Shown here piece by piece: positions 49,288-62,941 of a stretch of DNA of 64,000 nt. Under the pieces are notes generated by a model. The model ran no database searches, was not told the origin of the DNA, and was given only the letters and a program-made list of their open reading frames with translations. Each line of letters begins with the position of its first letter. Positions within the stretch are counted from its first letter, which is position 1. The stretch is from the NCBI GenBank assembly GCA_965153285.1, contig OZ229115.1; one strand, given 5' to 3'. The translations under genes were made by a program, and so were the position numbers. The stretch is from Podarcis tiliguerta. Taxonomy: Eukaryota.

Positions 49288-52107
49288 CTGTTAAGAGAAA
49301 AAACAGCTATGTTTCAAAAGGAGAGAGACTTGTAGCAGACAGGAGGAAGGGTGGGTGTGATTTCAACCTTGGTTTGGGGGCAAAAGGGACTGGGGGGGCT
49401 TAAATAAATAAAGAAGTGTGACTGAGCATCCCCCCACTCTTCGTCTGCTTCTGTTGTTATGGAGATCAAGAGAGCACGTCCCCGCAGGCAAGGCTCCTCC
49501 ATGGCTGACCAGGAAATGCACAAAACAGCTCCAAGCTGCCTGAAGACTCTTCGGAAAGCATTGTTTTCAGAAATTGGTTTTCTAGAGATGCAGTAATTGT
49601 TGACTGCTATTGCCAAAGGAGAGCCACGCCACCTCTCCCTCCGACATCTTCCCAGAAGGAATCAGCAGTGAAGAGAGAGATTGTGTTTTATGAAACCACT
49701 TGGAGAGACTGAAAACATTCACAGATTTGCTAGCCCACAAGCACGAGGTGCCAGCATCCCATCTATTTCAGGAGTCATGGTTTTGAATGATATTTTCTGG
49801 AATCATATTTATATACAAAAAAAACAAAAAACACCAACCTTATTATGGCTTGGAAGGAAAGGGCCCAAACCACTATGCCTAGTGCTGATACAGGCAATAT
49901 TTAAAAATACCACACTGAGGGTTTAAAAAAAAGGAGGAGGATAGACATACAAATTATTTGGCACATATCAGAGCTCAGACAGTTTTTAAGTTGCCTTATG
50001 CAATGGAATGTTGCTGATTTGCATCAACTAAGGACTTGGCCTCATAGCTCAAGATTAAAAATGAAGTGATGAGAATGAAGCTAATTGTTGATCATGGAAA
50101 ATAAATAACCCATTTTGAACAGTCACTTTCTCCCTCCCAACACAAACCTCAATTACCCAGAATGGTGCATAATTTATAGCAGCATTATTCCAAACCAGAG
50201 TTTCTTACCATCTGTCCCACTTCCATCACAGAATATTCATATGTATAAATTACACGGCTGTGGCAACATCAAAGGGCTATAGTATTACAGTGACAAATGC
50301 AGATGGAAGGCAGGGAAATAATTACTCGCAGATAGAGAGATCTGCTGGTACTTTTTATTAACGGAACTTGTCATCTTCAGATTAAAATATCTGGCAAATG
50401 AAGCCAAACGTCACCTTAAAGGGAAGTGGGGGGTGAGGCAAGACACAAACCCCTATCAAGTTGCTCCAAAGTTAGGCAAGTCAGGCACTCTGCCAAATGA
50501 CCTTTCTCAGTGCTAAAGTTGTAGAAGGATGATTCTATGATTTCGGTCAGCCACTATCTACTGCAATAGCATTTATAAACTGGTTAGGATTGGGATCTAA
50601 AATTGCTTCAGTTTATTTGGGGTTGCAAGGAAATACATTTTTCTAAGTTCCTTGTTCTGCAGTACAATTGCACCCATGTTGTTGTTTTAATGGCTCAAAC
50701 TCAGGGACAAAGACCTTTGCAACCACATTTCAACCCAATCCACAACAGCATTATAGAAGCAAAAGGGGCTCTCTGACATTAGAAATCCAAAAAAGAAAGA
50801 CATTTAGCTTTCTGTCTTTTTCCTCTGCAGGAGTCAGTTTGGCGGGTCAGGCAGGTTAAGAAGAGCCATACGCTGGAATGCAGAAGTCAGCTATGACCCA
50901 GAAATGTGATTCGTCACAGGAGCAGCATGAGCATTATATCCAGACACTCAGAGGGAGAAAATGCTCCCAGGAAATGGCATGCCTTGTTCTACTTTTTTGA
51001 TAGACAAATAGTTTCTTGTGCCAGAAAACCTGGAAAATGTGTCCATTGCTTCATTTCACTTCCTATGGATCAGAGTCAATTTAAAAATAACAAACAGCTT
51101 TATCCAACAAATTTGTGGATGCAGAATGCAAAGCACTTTCCAAACTATTCACATTAATGTTTATAGGCACACGTAGATGATTTGAAGATATAAAAAAAAT
51201 GTCATGTCACTGTATTCATTGTACCAATAAGATGATGTACTCAAAGCAGCTAATTCTGGGCCAGAGGCATTCAGCCATATGGCTCAGAGCAGATTTTGCA
51301 AGAATGAAAGGCAGCGTTGGCAAAAAGACTTTTATAACGTATTACAGTTCAGAACAAACCCTCTGATTTAGCTCCTTTCCCCAAAGACCTGAATCCTGTA
51401 AATGGGAAACAGATCAACACAGACAGCTATAATGAAAGCCGGAGCTGGTCTTTGTTGTGATATGAACAGATAATTCTATCGAGTCTAGGATTGCCTCGCC
51501 TTGCCCTTCCCCAGAAGCTGGACAGATGGGTTTTTCATGGGGAGTCAGATACATAAACTTCTGGTGGCACCTTGGTTCAACGTCAGTGTCATAGACAACT
51601 AATCATTCCAGCTCCAGCTGCTGGTGGTCCAAGCAGTTTAATGAAGTTACAGCAGGCTTTGCACTGGTAGAATGGTTACCTCCAGGTCTACCTATGAATA
51701 CCCCTTTTATCCTGGATTTCTTAAAAGAGTTCACACAGAGATGAAAGGCAAGCAAGTCTACAGGGGAAAAACATTTCCTTAAATGATAAGAATATCTGCA
51801 TGCTAGGAGAAACAAAGTAATTACTAGGATTACCCCAATTTGATTCTGTGGGATTGTTATAATGGATGGGGGGAGGAAATAGGCATATGCTTCAGTTAAA
51901 CAAATAGATGATGCACATTATTGGCTCATTAAGCACTTCCCTTTCATCATTACTTAAGCAGTGCAGTAGGGATTGAATAATAAATTCATAAAACATGACT
52001 TTGTCCACTTAGCATTGATAATCCAAGTCTGTTATGCTCAGTCAGCTGCCTAATTCAGTAATTACGAGGGATGGGCTGACACAATGACAAGTGATTCCCA
52101 GACTTAC

Positions 52108-52192
52108 TTTCTCCCAGAGTCTTCTGAAGGAGGTCATGTTTTGCCTGAAGCTTGGTGATGAGGTTCCGCCCTTCCAGATACTCCTTCAACTT
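52108..52192 (-). CDS. SRGAP2: SRGAP2 coding exon (exon 10 equivalent)
   Basis: caacag|AAG...GAA A|gtaagt; 85 nt, phase 0/1; KLKEYLEGRNLITKLQAKHDLLQKTLGE. Confidence 0.97.
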
Positions 52193-52272
52193 CTGTTGGA
52201 GCAAAAAGAAGCCAAGGATCAGCATCTACGTCTAGGACACAGAAGGACTATGGACATGTGACAAAGAGCTTA

Positions 52273-52641
52273 AAAGGTAAAGGTAAAGGTACCCCTGCCC
52301 GTACGGGCCAGTCTTGACAGACTCTAGGGTTGTGCGCCCATCTCACTCAAAGAGGCCGGGGGCCAGCGCTGTCCGAAGACACTTCCGGGTCACGTGGCCA
52401 GCGTGACATTGCTGCTCTGGCAAGTCAGAGCCGCACACGGAAATGTCCTTTACCTTCCCGCTAGTAAGCGGTCCCTATTTATCTACTTGCACCCGAGAGT
52501 GCTTTCGAACTGCTAGGTTGGCAGGCGCTGGGACCGAACAACGGGAGCGCACCCCGCCGCGGGGATTCGAACCGCCGACCTTTCGATCGGCAAGCCCTAG
52601 GCGCTGAGGCTTTTACCCACAGCGCCACCCACGTCCCAAAC
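52273..52641 (-). mobile_element. Full-length Sauria SINE with 13-bp TSD
   Basis: A box TGGCGCTGTGG, B box GGTTCGAATCC, (ACCTTT)n tail; TSD GACAAAGAGCTTA at 52260-52272 and 52642-52654. Confidence 0.95.
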
Positions 52642-54056
52642 GACAAAGAGCTTAGGGTAAATCAAACCATCATGGTTCCCATGCAATAACTAAATAAGGC
52701 CTAAATAACCAAGACCTTTCACAAAAGCACACGCAACCTAACACAGGGCAGGTCAGTAGAGTGAAGGAGCTTTCACAAATAATTATATTGTGGTTGTGCA
52801 TCAAATGAAAAGCAGTATCAGCCAACACAAGTATCCTTCATAGCTCTGGCCTAACCTCGCTGAATGATACCATAGCCAGTCTCTTTGTCATCTTATGGGT
52901 TTTAAAACAATACCTTTTGGACTAGCAATCAGATTGTACTGCAAATCTGGGGTAGTGCCCACAGAAGAATCTGTGTGGGGCTCAGCCTACTGAAGAGAAC
53001 ATTTAAAACAAGCCATTCAAAAAACCCAAGGACTTTATCCATTTCTGGCCCCATATAGAGACATGAGAGCTATAGAATTTTTAAGAGTGCAAGTGGAAGA
53101 GCACTCATCCCTACTGCAGTTTCCAGAAACTGGCATTCAGAAGCAAACTAACTGCAGAGGCAGAGAACTGCCATCATAGCTAGCAATCAATGATAGCGTT
53201 CAATAGAGCCCTTCAGCTTTGCACTACGTACTGAAGTTACAAATATGCTTGGGACTTAGGGTACCTCATTTGATTGGCTCATGGCCCTCAGCCTTGCTCC
53301 CTATGAATATCCTGTCCATTTTGTGATGGGAAACATGAGAATTCCATGCCTGGCAGTGGCTGGAATCAAGTCCATCTATTGCCTCAGGTAGCTCCTCTCC
53401 TTAAGTAACACAATCCTTTAAAGTGTTTGCCACCAAGGGAGTATATTGTGCAATGTGCTTCATTTCCAAGGGCCCTTTCCTCATTCAGACTATTTGAAGC
53501 CAATTCAGCCTATCCAGGATAACAGTCTCACGAGAACTTCCCTTGGATGGTTTGCTACAACATCAGCTAGAGCTCCCTTCCTTGCTTCATCTCTGTGTTT
53601 GTTGCTCTCCTTGGGTTAGTCAGGAACCTTAATAAGACATGAGACCCTGCGTTCTCCCTTAAAGAAACTATAGCCATGGGGCTGGTTTGGGTTCCAGCAG
53701 ATCCCAAACTGGCAACCCACCCATTTTCTCTGCCTCTGGAATGCCCCATTTTGTGGTCTTCCACTGGCTACTGCCAGTGAGAATCCTGCAGCAGTACTTT
53801 TGCCTTCCCACACATTTGGCATGCAGGAAAAGCTCTGCCCTGGTGGCAGCTGGCAGGAGGTCTGCTTAGCAGGCAAAAGTGGGCAGGGCAGAGGGATACT
53901 TGCACCCAATCCAACATGCACCTCTCACCCTCCAACCCAGTGTGTGTTATATGCTGAATTATTCTGCAACAGAAACTTGAAAAATTCAAAGGACAACTCT
54001 TAGGCCCTTTAAGCAGCACATTATCAGGGAAAGGTCTTTATTTTCAGGGGAAATGT

Positions 54057-54265
54057 CTAGCTATTATTGTGACATTTTCACATTTACTTCTTATTTAATT
54101 TTAACTTCAAATGTTTTTATTTCAGTGTCCTAGCTCATTACAGTGTTACGGATTACAACTCTGTGCAGTTAAAATAAGCAGTGTTAAATTCCCCACTTTA
54201 AAGGGCAAAGCTTTCAAAAATCAAAGTAATGGAGGGAAAGGGGGAGGAAGGAAGGAAAAATTAAT
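54057..54265 (+). repeat. Diverged ~200-bp direct repeat, copy 1
   Basis: Collinear with 57203-57383 (ctagctat.attgtgacattt; agttaaaataagcagtgttaaa; tttaaagggcaaa; atcaaagtaatgg). Confidence 0.9.
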
Positions 54266-55049
54266 ATCAAGTATTACCAATGCTGATTTAAAAGGAAGAA
54301 AATCCAGAAAACAGATTGTCCATAAATTCTCAAGAAGCCTTAAAATTAAGAGCATTGTATAGCACAAAACTAATACAACTGCAAATAAATTTAGGATTTA
54401 AATGAGCAGTCAAACCAACCCACACTATCCTAAGAAGTGGAGGAACACAATGCCAAAGCACAGTGTCATTAGAGAAACCTTTCATTGCAAGCATGTTCAC
54501 AGTTCAGTGGTTTGCTCCCTGCTGTCAGTCAAGGCCCCATTAAAATAAATAACCACTTGATAATAAGACATGACAGATTGCCTGCCTGGAGCCAATTTAA
54601 ACCTGAAGGTGAGACTCTGAGCCCTAAACTATTAGATAGCTATATGCAGATTACAAAATAAAATAAAATAAAGTCCGCAATGCAGCCCAATGATTAGAAC
54701 TAACAGTTCAATCCCATATTAATATGGGCGTTTAGAAAATTATAATATGCAGCATTTGGACATAATGGCAAACTATGTTTCACCACTCATTAGAAGTAGA
54801 CTGTTCTAATCATTTTCCCTTCTGTGCAGAGGAACGGAAGAAGGGAACACGCAAGCCCAAACCTACTGCTACATACTCCTGATTCTCCAAACTAGGATTT
54901 GGAGATTGGTTAAATGCAGCTACAGGCATGAAACAATGCAGCTGATAAGTTTATTGTTCAAGCCAAAGTCCATGACAAATTTATATTAAGCAACACATAG
55001 AGGCCCACTCTATGTGTTACGAACCTATTATTGTCACTCAAAAGAAACC

Positions 55050-56960
55050 AAGCATGTATGAACAAAGGTTAACAGATAATGAGTGATCTCTTTCACCTGT
55101 GGCTGACCACAAATATGAAGTCTGTCTGCGTATGGGATCTTGTTGTAGCATCCATCTAAGACTGCAGTGGGCATCACTGAGAAATACAGCTCAATAAAGG
55201 CATTTCTTACTGCAGCTGGTGAGAGCTTGGTCAGATAACTAACTCTAAAATGCTCTGCTCTCAAGAGTGGACACCAATGGGGAAATTTGGTGTTTCTAAT
55301 TAGTTGTAGGTCCCTTTTGGATTCTTTCTAGAAGAGCCAATCCTTTAATAGACACTTAATCAAGGTCAAAGCAAAGCTCAGTTCTGGAAAATAATAATAC
55401 TCTAAACATCATGACGAGCTGCTTCCCAGAGTTGATTATCATGCAACTCCATATAGCACAGAGCAGGAAAACACTCAATAGGCATAGTAGAAATTTTTAA
55501 AATATACTTTAACTGAGCGAAGTCCGCTCTTGCCTAAAGTGTTGGCCACCTGGACTCTGTACAAAGTGCTGCTGAAATTCCTGATGGTAAAGAGCATAGC
55601 ATCGTGTAACAGAACTTTATCAATGCCCCTATGGTTTTCTGTACTTTGACTTTCACTGCCTCCATATGAAACTTCCAAGAGAGTGTTTCACTAATGAGTA
55701 TACCCAGGTGTCTAATAGACCACGTTTGTTCTATAAGCACCATTTATACCTAGGACTGTGTTTGCCAAAAATCATAATCATTGTCTTAGAGTATTTTATA
55801 GACAGACTTTCCTGTTAACAGTATGTGCCGAACACCTGCAAGAGATTTTTGAGCCCAATCTGGAAAGAGAGAGGAGCGCCAAATCATCTGCATACATCAA
55901 AATTGAGATATTTCTGTTCTTAATTATTGGAGGGGGAGAGTTTGCATTGGTTAAATATGGTACCAAATCATTAATATGAAAGTAAGGAGGGGTAAGAATG
56001 CAACCTTGCATTCCTCGTGATGTTTTAAAAAGCATCAGTCATACCATCATTTTAAAACTACTCTGACCCTCATTTCTGCATAGTTCTTGGATCAATAGCA
56101 GAAATCTGCAGTTGATGTTGGCAATTTGAAATTTCTCCCACACTCTGTATTGATTAACAAAGTCGAATGCAGCAGAAGGATCAATAAAGGCTACATAAAG
56201 ATTATTCTTAATGTTCTTAGTATATTTCCTTATAATATGGTTCAGAGTAAAACACTGATCAATGGGACTGTGCCCTTTTCTGAATCCCGCTTGTACTTCT
56301 TGAATAATATTGCTATTTTGCAACCAGTCGGATAAATTTTTGAAGGCGATACTGCTCATATAGCTTTGAGGAGTTGTATAACAAGCTAACTGGCAGATAG
56401 TTTTGCAGATCATTCCTACTGCCTTTGTTATAAACTGGGAAAAGAATACTTATTTTCCATCCAGAGGGCCTTTGGCCCATGTTGTTTATGGTGGTAAATA
56501 AGCCAGCCAGGATAGGCACCCACCATTCTATGTATTCCTTACATAGGAATATAGAGCTCCAGGAGCTTTATTTGATTTCAGATAGGAAATAAGGACCTTT
56601 CTCTCATTACGGGAGACTAGTTGCCATTCAGGTAGGTGGATAAATCATTCTATGCTACTGGTATATATGATTGTCCAGGCAGGAATTGAGGTTTTGTGAT
56701 GGTCTCGTTTCATTTAAACCCCGGGCCAACAATTCCCAGAGTTTGTTTTCCCTCTGTTCCATTACCGCCAGTCCCAATTCCTGCCATGGGGTTATCGTAT
56801 AAACAGCTTTCTTGTTTTTGAGCAGACTCTTGTATTTCAATTTACGCCCATGGATTCCTCTGACAGATTCTTATTCAAATCTCTAATTGCTTTAGCCAGA
56901 GCTTTCTTACACTTCACATTGACTGTCAAACCAGCTATGGCACGTTGGTGGAAAACCAGC
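55050..56960 (-). mobile_element. Decayed non-LTR LINE ORF2 (reverse transcriptase + C-terminal region), RTE-X-like
   Basis: Frameshifted pieces WKISILFPVYNKG..NYLPVSLL, QAGFRKG, YVAFID.SAAFD, QGCIL, LMYADDLALL, HLGI, and RNAFIEL...PYADRL.ICG...THYLL; clade assignment tentative. Confidence 0.85.
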
Positions 56961-56976
56961 TTCATTGGCAGAAGGA

Positions 56977-57087
56977 TGTTGTTGTTGTTGAGTCATTTAG
57001 TCGTGTCCGACTCTTCATGACCCCATGGACCAGAGCACGCCAGGCACTTTCATCAAATTCATGTTGGTAGTTTCGAGAACAATGTCT
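56977..57087 (-). mobile_element. BovB 3' fragment with small internal deletion
   Basis: (TTG)n + tagtcgtgtccgactcttcatgaccccatggaccagag, nearly identical to the 19354 copy but lacking ~30 nt internally. Confidence 0.88.
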
Positions 57088-57202
57088 ACCTTCACCAATC
57101 CAACATGCACCCTGCCCTCCAACTCTGTGTCTAGCATGTGCTGGGGTCTTAGGCAGATGAATCAGCATATTATCAGAAAAAGTTATTTAAATACCAAAGT
57201 AC

Positions 57203-57383
57203 CTAGCTATCATTGTGACATTTGCACATTTATTTCTTACTTCATATTGGCTTCAAATATTTTCATTTCAGTGTAATGCCTACTAACTGTGAAGTTAAAA
57301 TAAGCAGTGTTAAACTCACCATTTTAAAGGGCAAAACTATCAAAGTAATGGGGGAAAGGGGTAAGAAGGAAAGAAAATTTAAT
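57203..57383 (+). repeat. Diverged direct repeat, copy 2
   Basis: Collinear with 54057-54265, with indels. Confidence 0.9.
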
Positions 57384-59715
57384 GATTCATAAGTCTACAT
57401 CCTACCTTGGAGAATTTGTAGCACCAGCCACTTTAGTCCTATTCAAGTTGCACTCTCACCTCTGAGCAATTACAAGCGACTTAATGACAAACTGCTGCAC
57501 CAGCTTTCCAGCATATAATATACCGTAAGTCACTGTGCCTGAGGACCTACCTCCTGCATGCTTCAGTTAACAGGTAAGTATACAGGCAAGCCTCTATGTG
57601 AACTAGTGCTGATGTGAGCACTCACAGCATTGGGCTATAAGCCGCTTGTTTTAATTCCATCATCTGCAGCATCAATCCAATTTGTTTTGACCATGAACGA
57701 CAAGTATTTCCACTGTAAAGCCATTGTATGCCTGTGCATACAAACCAAGTTAACATTTTGAAATAAATACAATGCCACCTCAAGTCGATAGCACTTCTGA
57801 TCCAGGTACAATACATCATAAGTCCTATACCAGGGACAGCCTAAAATCACAGTGCTGTTTCTGTACTGCCAACTTCTCTGATGAAAGAATGTGTTACTCT
57901 ACACCAGAGGAATCTTAACGGTGCTCCCTCTCCCCACCCTAACCCTAACCCACAACTATGAACGCTATCTCCCACCTTGGTATTTACCAGTAAGAAGCAG
58001 CTGTCAAGAGAAAAACATAATAGGTTAATGTGCAACCCAATCTAGCTCTTCCTGCCTTGCTAGCAAAGCAAGAGTGTTATGCTTTCGAGGCTGTATGGAA
58101 ATACCTTCTGTCATATGTCTCATATCCTTAACCCTCTCTCAGGAATCCCGATCACTCAGCTCATTTTTGAAAAAGCAACATCAAAGCTGATGCAGGCATT
58201 CAGCTTGAGGAGAGATATTCCCAGAATGCACTGGGGGAGGGGAAGGAAATCAGGAGCACCACAGTGCTACTGTTGATGATTAAAAAGGGAGAAAGAACAG
58301 CACATTGATAAAAAGCAGCATGGCACTGATTACAGGCAAGGTTATAAATAATATTTTCATAAGTCTCACGGATTTTGTGCAGATTAACAAACTATTTCTG
58401 CCAAGCACTTTGAAGATGAAGGACTCCATAGTGGCTTGATATTTTTAACAAGTGATAGCAATTAGCTGTAAACTACAATCATCCATCCTTTCTTCAGGTG
58501 TCTTACTTATTTTGCTACATCTACACCTCCCTCACCATACCAGCACCTCAATTTCATGTGCTTATTCTAACGGCCATTGTGAAGTGTGAAATTACTCTTA
58601 AACTTGCTTTACAAAAGAGATACCGAAGCACAGAAAACAAGCAATAGGGTTATGGTAGGACCAGAAGTGGGGATTATGTGAACCCAAGGATTGTGACCAG
58701 CCACCAATCTTTCCTCTCTCCCCCTTCAGTAATAATAGTCATTGTCTTCCCTACAAACTAAAAAATGGTGTTAAATGTGCTGCATCTACCAGAAAACATC
58801 TCCCAAGAAAATCAATGCTAAAACTGGCTGTGAAAAGGATTGCTTGAATCACAGAATAAAGCAGCAATTCAATGTTATTTTGTCTTTGACATTTTATAAT
58901 GGAAGTTTTAAAAGTGTGGGGGCGCACGGAGAAATGCGTTGCAGGCATTCTATATTTCTTGTTCAGAGGGTACTAAAGAGACAAGGATTGGGTTTACATA
59001 AGGAACACATAGCATGAGTCCCTAATGCGAAGTGTCAATCCATTTCCCCTTTTGCACCTTGTTCCATCACACTTCCCTGAGAGGGAGCAGTTTTGTGTGG
59101 AGAATAGAGCAGTAAGCACATACAATTTGAGTGTTTGCTCCTGAAGGGAAAGAGGTTTTCCAGATATATTTGTAAGATTAATAGTCCTCCTTCACTCCCT
59201 CTGCCGCTGCAATGCCTTCAATAAATGGGCAGGAGGGTGAGAAAGTATTTTCCATCCTGGGGATTCTTGTAGTCTTGCCTTTTTCCTATGTTCCTGTGGT
59301 ACCTGCGTCAACCTGCTGATATTTGAAACCTACTAGCATTTTATTATGGTTTTTTTAAAAATGACAATCTGTACAAGAGAGCCTTTATCTGTGATTGATG
59401 TTTCTGGATACTACTGTAATGGACAGGAAAACAACAGCAACAATTTATAAAGGGGGACTACGGTACATTGAAGTTACTTCCATTGCCACATACCTATGAA
59501 CATCCTATTGCCCCAATAATTCTCCATAAGAACCACAAGTCTGTACTTAAAATGAGCCACACAAGAATTACTTACAAGCACTCAAGCTAGCGCAATAAAC
59601 AGCAAGCCGAGTCGTTTTCTTCAGAGGGGATTGACCAGTGAGAAGAGCACAAATCTACACCGTGACATGACAGGAACCTATCCTAACAAGCAGCCATCTT
59701 CTGCCCAGCTAATTA

Positions 59716-59944
59716 CAGTGGTACCTCCGGTTACAAACTTAATGTGTTCCAGAGGTCTATTTCTAACCCAAAACCGTTCTTAACATGAGGTGCGCTTTCG
59801 CTAATGGGGACTCCCGCTGCTGCCGTGCGACTTCCGCTCGCATTCCGGGGCAAAGTTTGCCACCAGGAGACCTACTTCCGGGTTAGCAGAGTTTGTTTCC
59901 TGAAGCGTTCATAAGGAGGATGGTACATAACCGGGGTTCCACTG
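59716..59944. mobile_element. Tc1/mariner MITE related to 946-1163, opposite orientation, older
   Basis: TA|CAGTGGTACCTCCGGTTA...TAACCGGGGTTCCACTG; interior resembles the reverse complement of 946-1163. Confidence 0.85.
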
Positions 59945-61589
59945 TGCAGAGTTAGGAAGAAACAGCACAGTTCTTTTTCTCCCTCCCCCCTAGCACTAGG
60001 GTTGCTTGCAACTTGCCACCAGAAATGGCTGGCCAGAGTGTCCATGAGTTTTCAGAATATGCACCCTATGCCACTTCAAGCGGCAGGTCTGCTTGTAACA
60101 ACGTTTCTGGTATGAAGCCTACCCAGACTGGATTAATGAAGAGGAGGTGCTTCTTTAAAATATGACAAAACACAGAACTGGAGCCCTATTCACGATCAAC
60201 CCTGGGGCTGCATGAGCTGATCCTTGACATATTTTGGGAAATTAAAAATCGACAAGATGTGCAAGTGTTGTTGTTTGACAGATCGAGCCTCAGGATAATT
60301 TTAGGTGCCTGCTGAAAATATCCCGAGTTAGGTGGTGGCACGCCTGTAGCGCCATTGCAGACAGGCATGTAAAAAGCTCCCATAATGCATAAGACAGGAG
60401 GAGAATAGTGCCAAACGAAAAAAGACCTTTCCGATGTCAAGTTTCTAACGTCTAATTTAGACCCACCCCAGAGTGCTGCAAATATCTTCAAAGCGGTGCA
60501 TCTTTTGTGTCCTGCCAAACTTATGTCATATGAAAATGCAGTTCTACTGATGGTTTACCTTTGTTCCCTGCATTTCCTCCCTTCATTAACAGGAATGCTC
60601 AGCCATTACCCATTTTTATGTCATGAAACCCCAATCTAATTGTTTTAAACCAAAGCCTCAAATTCTTATTAAGGTTATTTATAAGTCTCTCACATAGCAG
60701 ATCTATCAAGTGTTTGAACTAATAAGAAAAAAGGCTGTTTATACAACAGCCTCTTTCAATTCCCCCCTTCTTTATCCTGGGTACATGTATATGACATGAC
60801 AAACTCTACTTTTATTCCCTGGAGGCAAAAGTCTAATATTATTGGCACGGGTTGTGGGTAAGCTTGGTACAAATGAAAACAAAGCACCGTGCACGGGTAA
60901 AATTAGTACGTGCTTGTTAGAAAAGAGAATATGTTTCTCTAGAAAAAGAAGACCTGCAGGTTCAATTAAATAGCCATTTGCACAGCCAGGGAAGTCAATT
61001 GCTTCTTAATTGAATCACTTTCTCCACCCACATTTTTCTGATAAATTCTCTTTCTAAGCAGACCTTTTAATTTAATGCGGCATTTGAAGTATTTTGAGTG
61101 CTTGTCTAAGGGAGTAATACACTCTCCGGTAAACCTATTTATAGGCAAGACTCAGCATAAACCATCCTGCCCAAAGTAATTTACCCAATATATAGCATTT
61201 ATTCATGAACACTATCATTCTTTTAAGAAGAATAAAAATCTTTTAAATAGTGCAAAATCCATTTAGAAGGGCAAGTTACAGAGCAAGTTTTTATTTAAAA
61301 AAGAAAAACCTTCTATACACATGCCCTGATCCAAATGAATGTCCACGGAGTCCTGTTTTTAGAATCTAAAATATCACTAGTCAGCTGTTAGGCATGGAAA
61401 GTGGAATGGGGCGGGGGAAAGAAGCCTCCCAAACAGCCAATGATCAGGGTTGTAGGTAAAAAAACATTAAAAGGAGACTGTGTACAACTCGGGCTGTTAG
61501 AATGGAGAAGGCAACTGTGCCACATGGCTCCTCATCCAGTTAATACACATGCTGATGGCAGGGAACGATAAGGAAGGGTTGTAGGTCAA

Positions 61590-61770
61590 TGGGAGGCATT
61601 TGCTTTTATTGCAGAAGATCCCAGGTTCAGTTCCTGGCATCTCCAGGTAGAGGTGGGAATGTCTTCATCTGAAACCCAGAGGAACTGCTGCTAGTCAGTG
61701 AAGACAGTACTGAGCTGATGAACCAATGGTCTTGACTCTGTTTCCTATGTTCTTTCCATGTTTCTTATGG
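61590..61770 (+). mobile_element. tRNA-derived squamate SINE, degenerate
   Basis: cagaagatcccaggttcagttcctggcatctccagg...actgagctgatgaaccaatggtc...ttcctatgttc tail. Confidence 0.65.
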
Positions 61771-62306
61771 TCCTAGCTGTAATTTCATCCACTTTTCAGT
61801 AAAGCTTTCAGGAAATGTGTACTCAAGCAATGGATAAACTGATGAACAATTTTCAGCGAAAGATTTTTTTCTTTCACTGCAAAACTCCATCCTGAAATCA
61901 AAACATCACCAGATTTAACTTCGTTATCAACCTGTAAGCTATCAAAGCTTATAAATTGATAGAGGAACAAAGACACCTTATTGTGATGTGTAGTTTAGAT
62001 GCAATGTCATTTTTGCTTACATTCCACTTAACAAGACGCAAACAATATTAACAACGAAGAGCTCTGTGGCTACTTAAAGACCATAAATTCATTATGGCGA
62101 AAGCTTTCATGGATGAACATAGGCTTTCAAAGGGGTTGGGGGAGATAATCACACAGACACTGAACTTGTAGGTGGGCCATTCTCATTATTCCTCTCAAGA
62201 ATTATGCTGACAGCTTGTTAGCCAGAACTGCAGACGACACATACAGTTTTCCAGCTGCAACACATATCAGCTTTGCTGCAAGCGTGTTAAAAGTCAGGTC
62301 TCTTAC

Positions 62307-62504
62307 CGTGAAGTAGAACTGTTCTGTCTCCTGCTGATTTGCCCGTCTCTTGGCAATGCTTGGCTTGCTCATGAAGGTTTCAGAGACTGTTGATTTTACA
62401 GACTCCATCGAGTTGCTATACTGGAAGCAGTCAGAGACATCGAAATCCTCAATGGTGACAATATCCTGGATAGTCTGCAGTGTGGCTTCCATTGTTTTCT
62501 TAAC
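62307..62504 (-). CDS. SRGAP2: SRGAP2 coding exon (exon 9 equivalent)
   Basis: tgtcag|GTT...ACG|gtaaga; 198 nt, phase 0/0; VKKTMEATLQTIQDIVTIEDFDVSDCF...QQETEQFYFT. Confidence 0.98.
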
Positions 62505-62941
62505 CTGACAGAGTGAACACAAGAGAGGAATTATAAAGGGGGGGGGAGGGAGAAGAGCAAAGGTGAGAATGCAGAGGAAAATGCCTTGTTATCACTCGGT
62601 TTGTCATTTACTGCAACTGAGGGTCTGTGATTCCCAAGCATAACACAACACAGCTAATAAACAAGAACAGCGTCTACAGAGAAAAGTGGCCGAGAGGAGA
62701 CTGAGGATTTAATCTTATGCACACTTTCAATTAACATTATAGCATAGGTAGAACAAATTCATGAAACTTGGACCAAAATGTACACAACTGTACAACTAAA
62801 ATTTGCTGTTTGGTTGCCTTAAAAAATTGTGCCTGAACTGAAGCTTATATGTTTTTATCTTCTCAGCTGCCCTTACTCTCCTCCAACTATGGTAAAACAG
62901 CAAGGGAAAAGAACAATAAAAAATGGAATTTGTTAGCTTAC

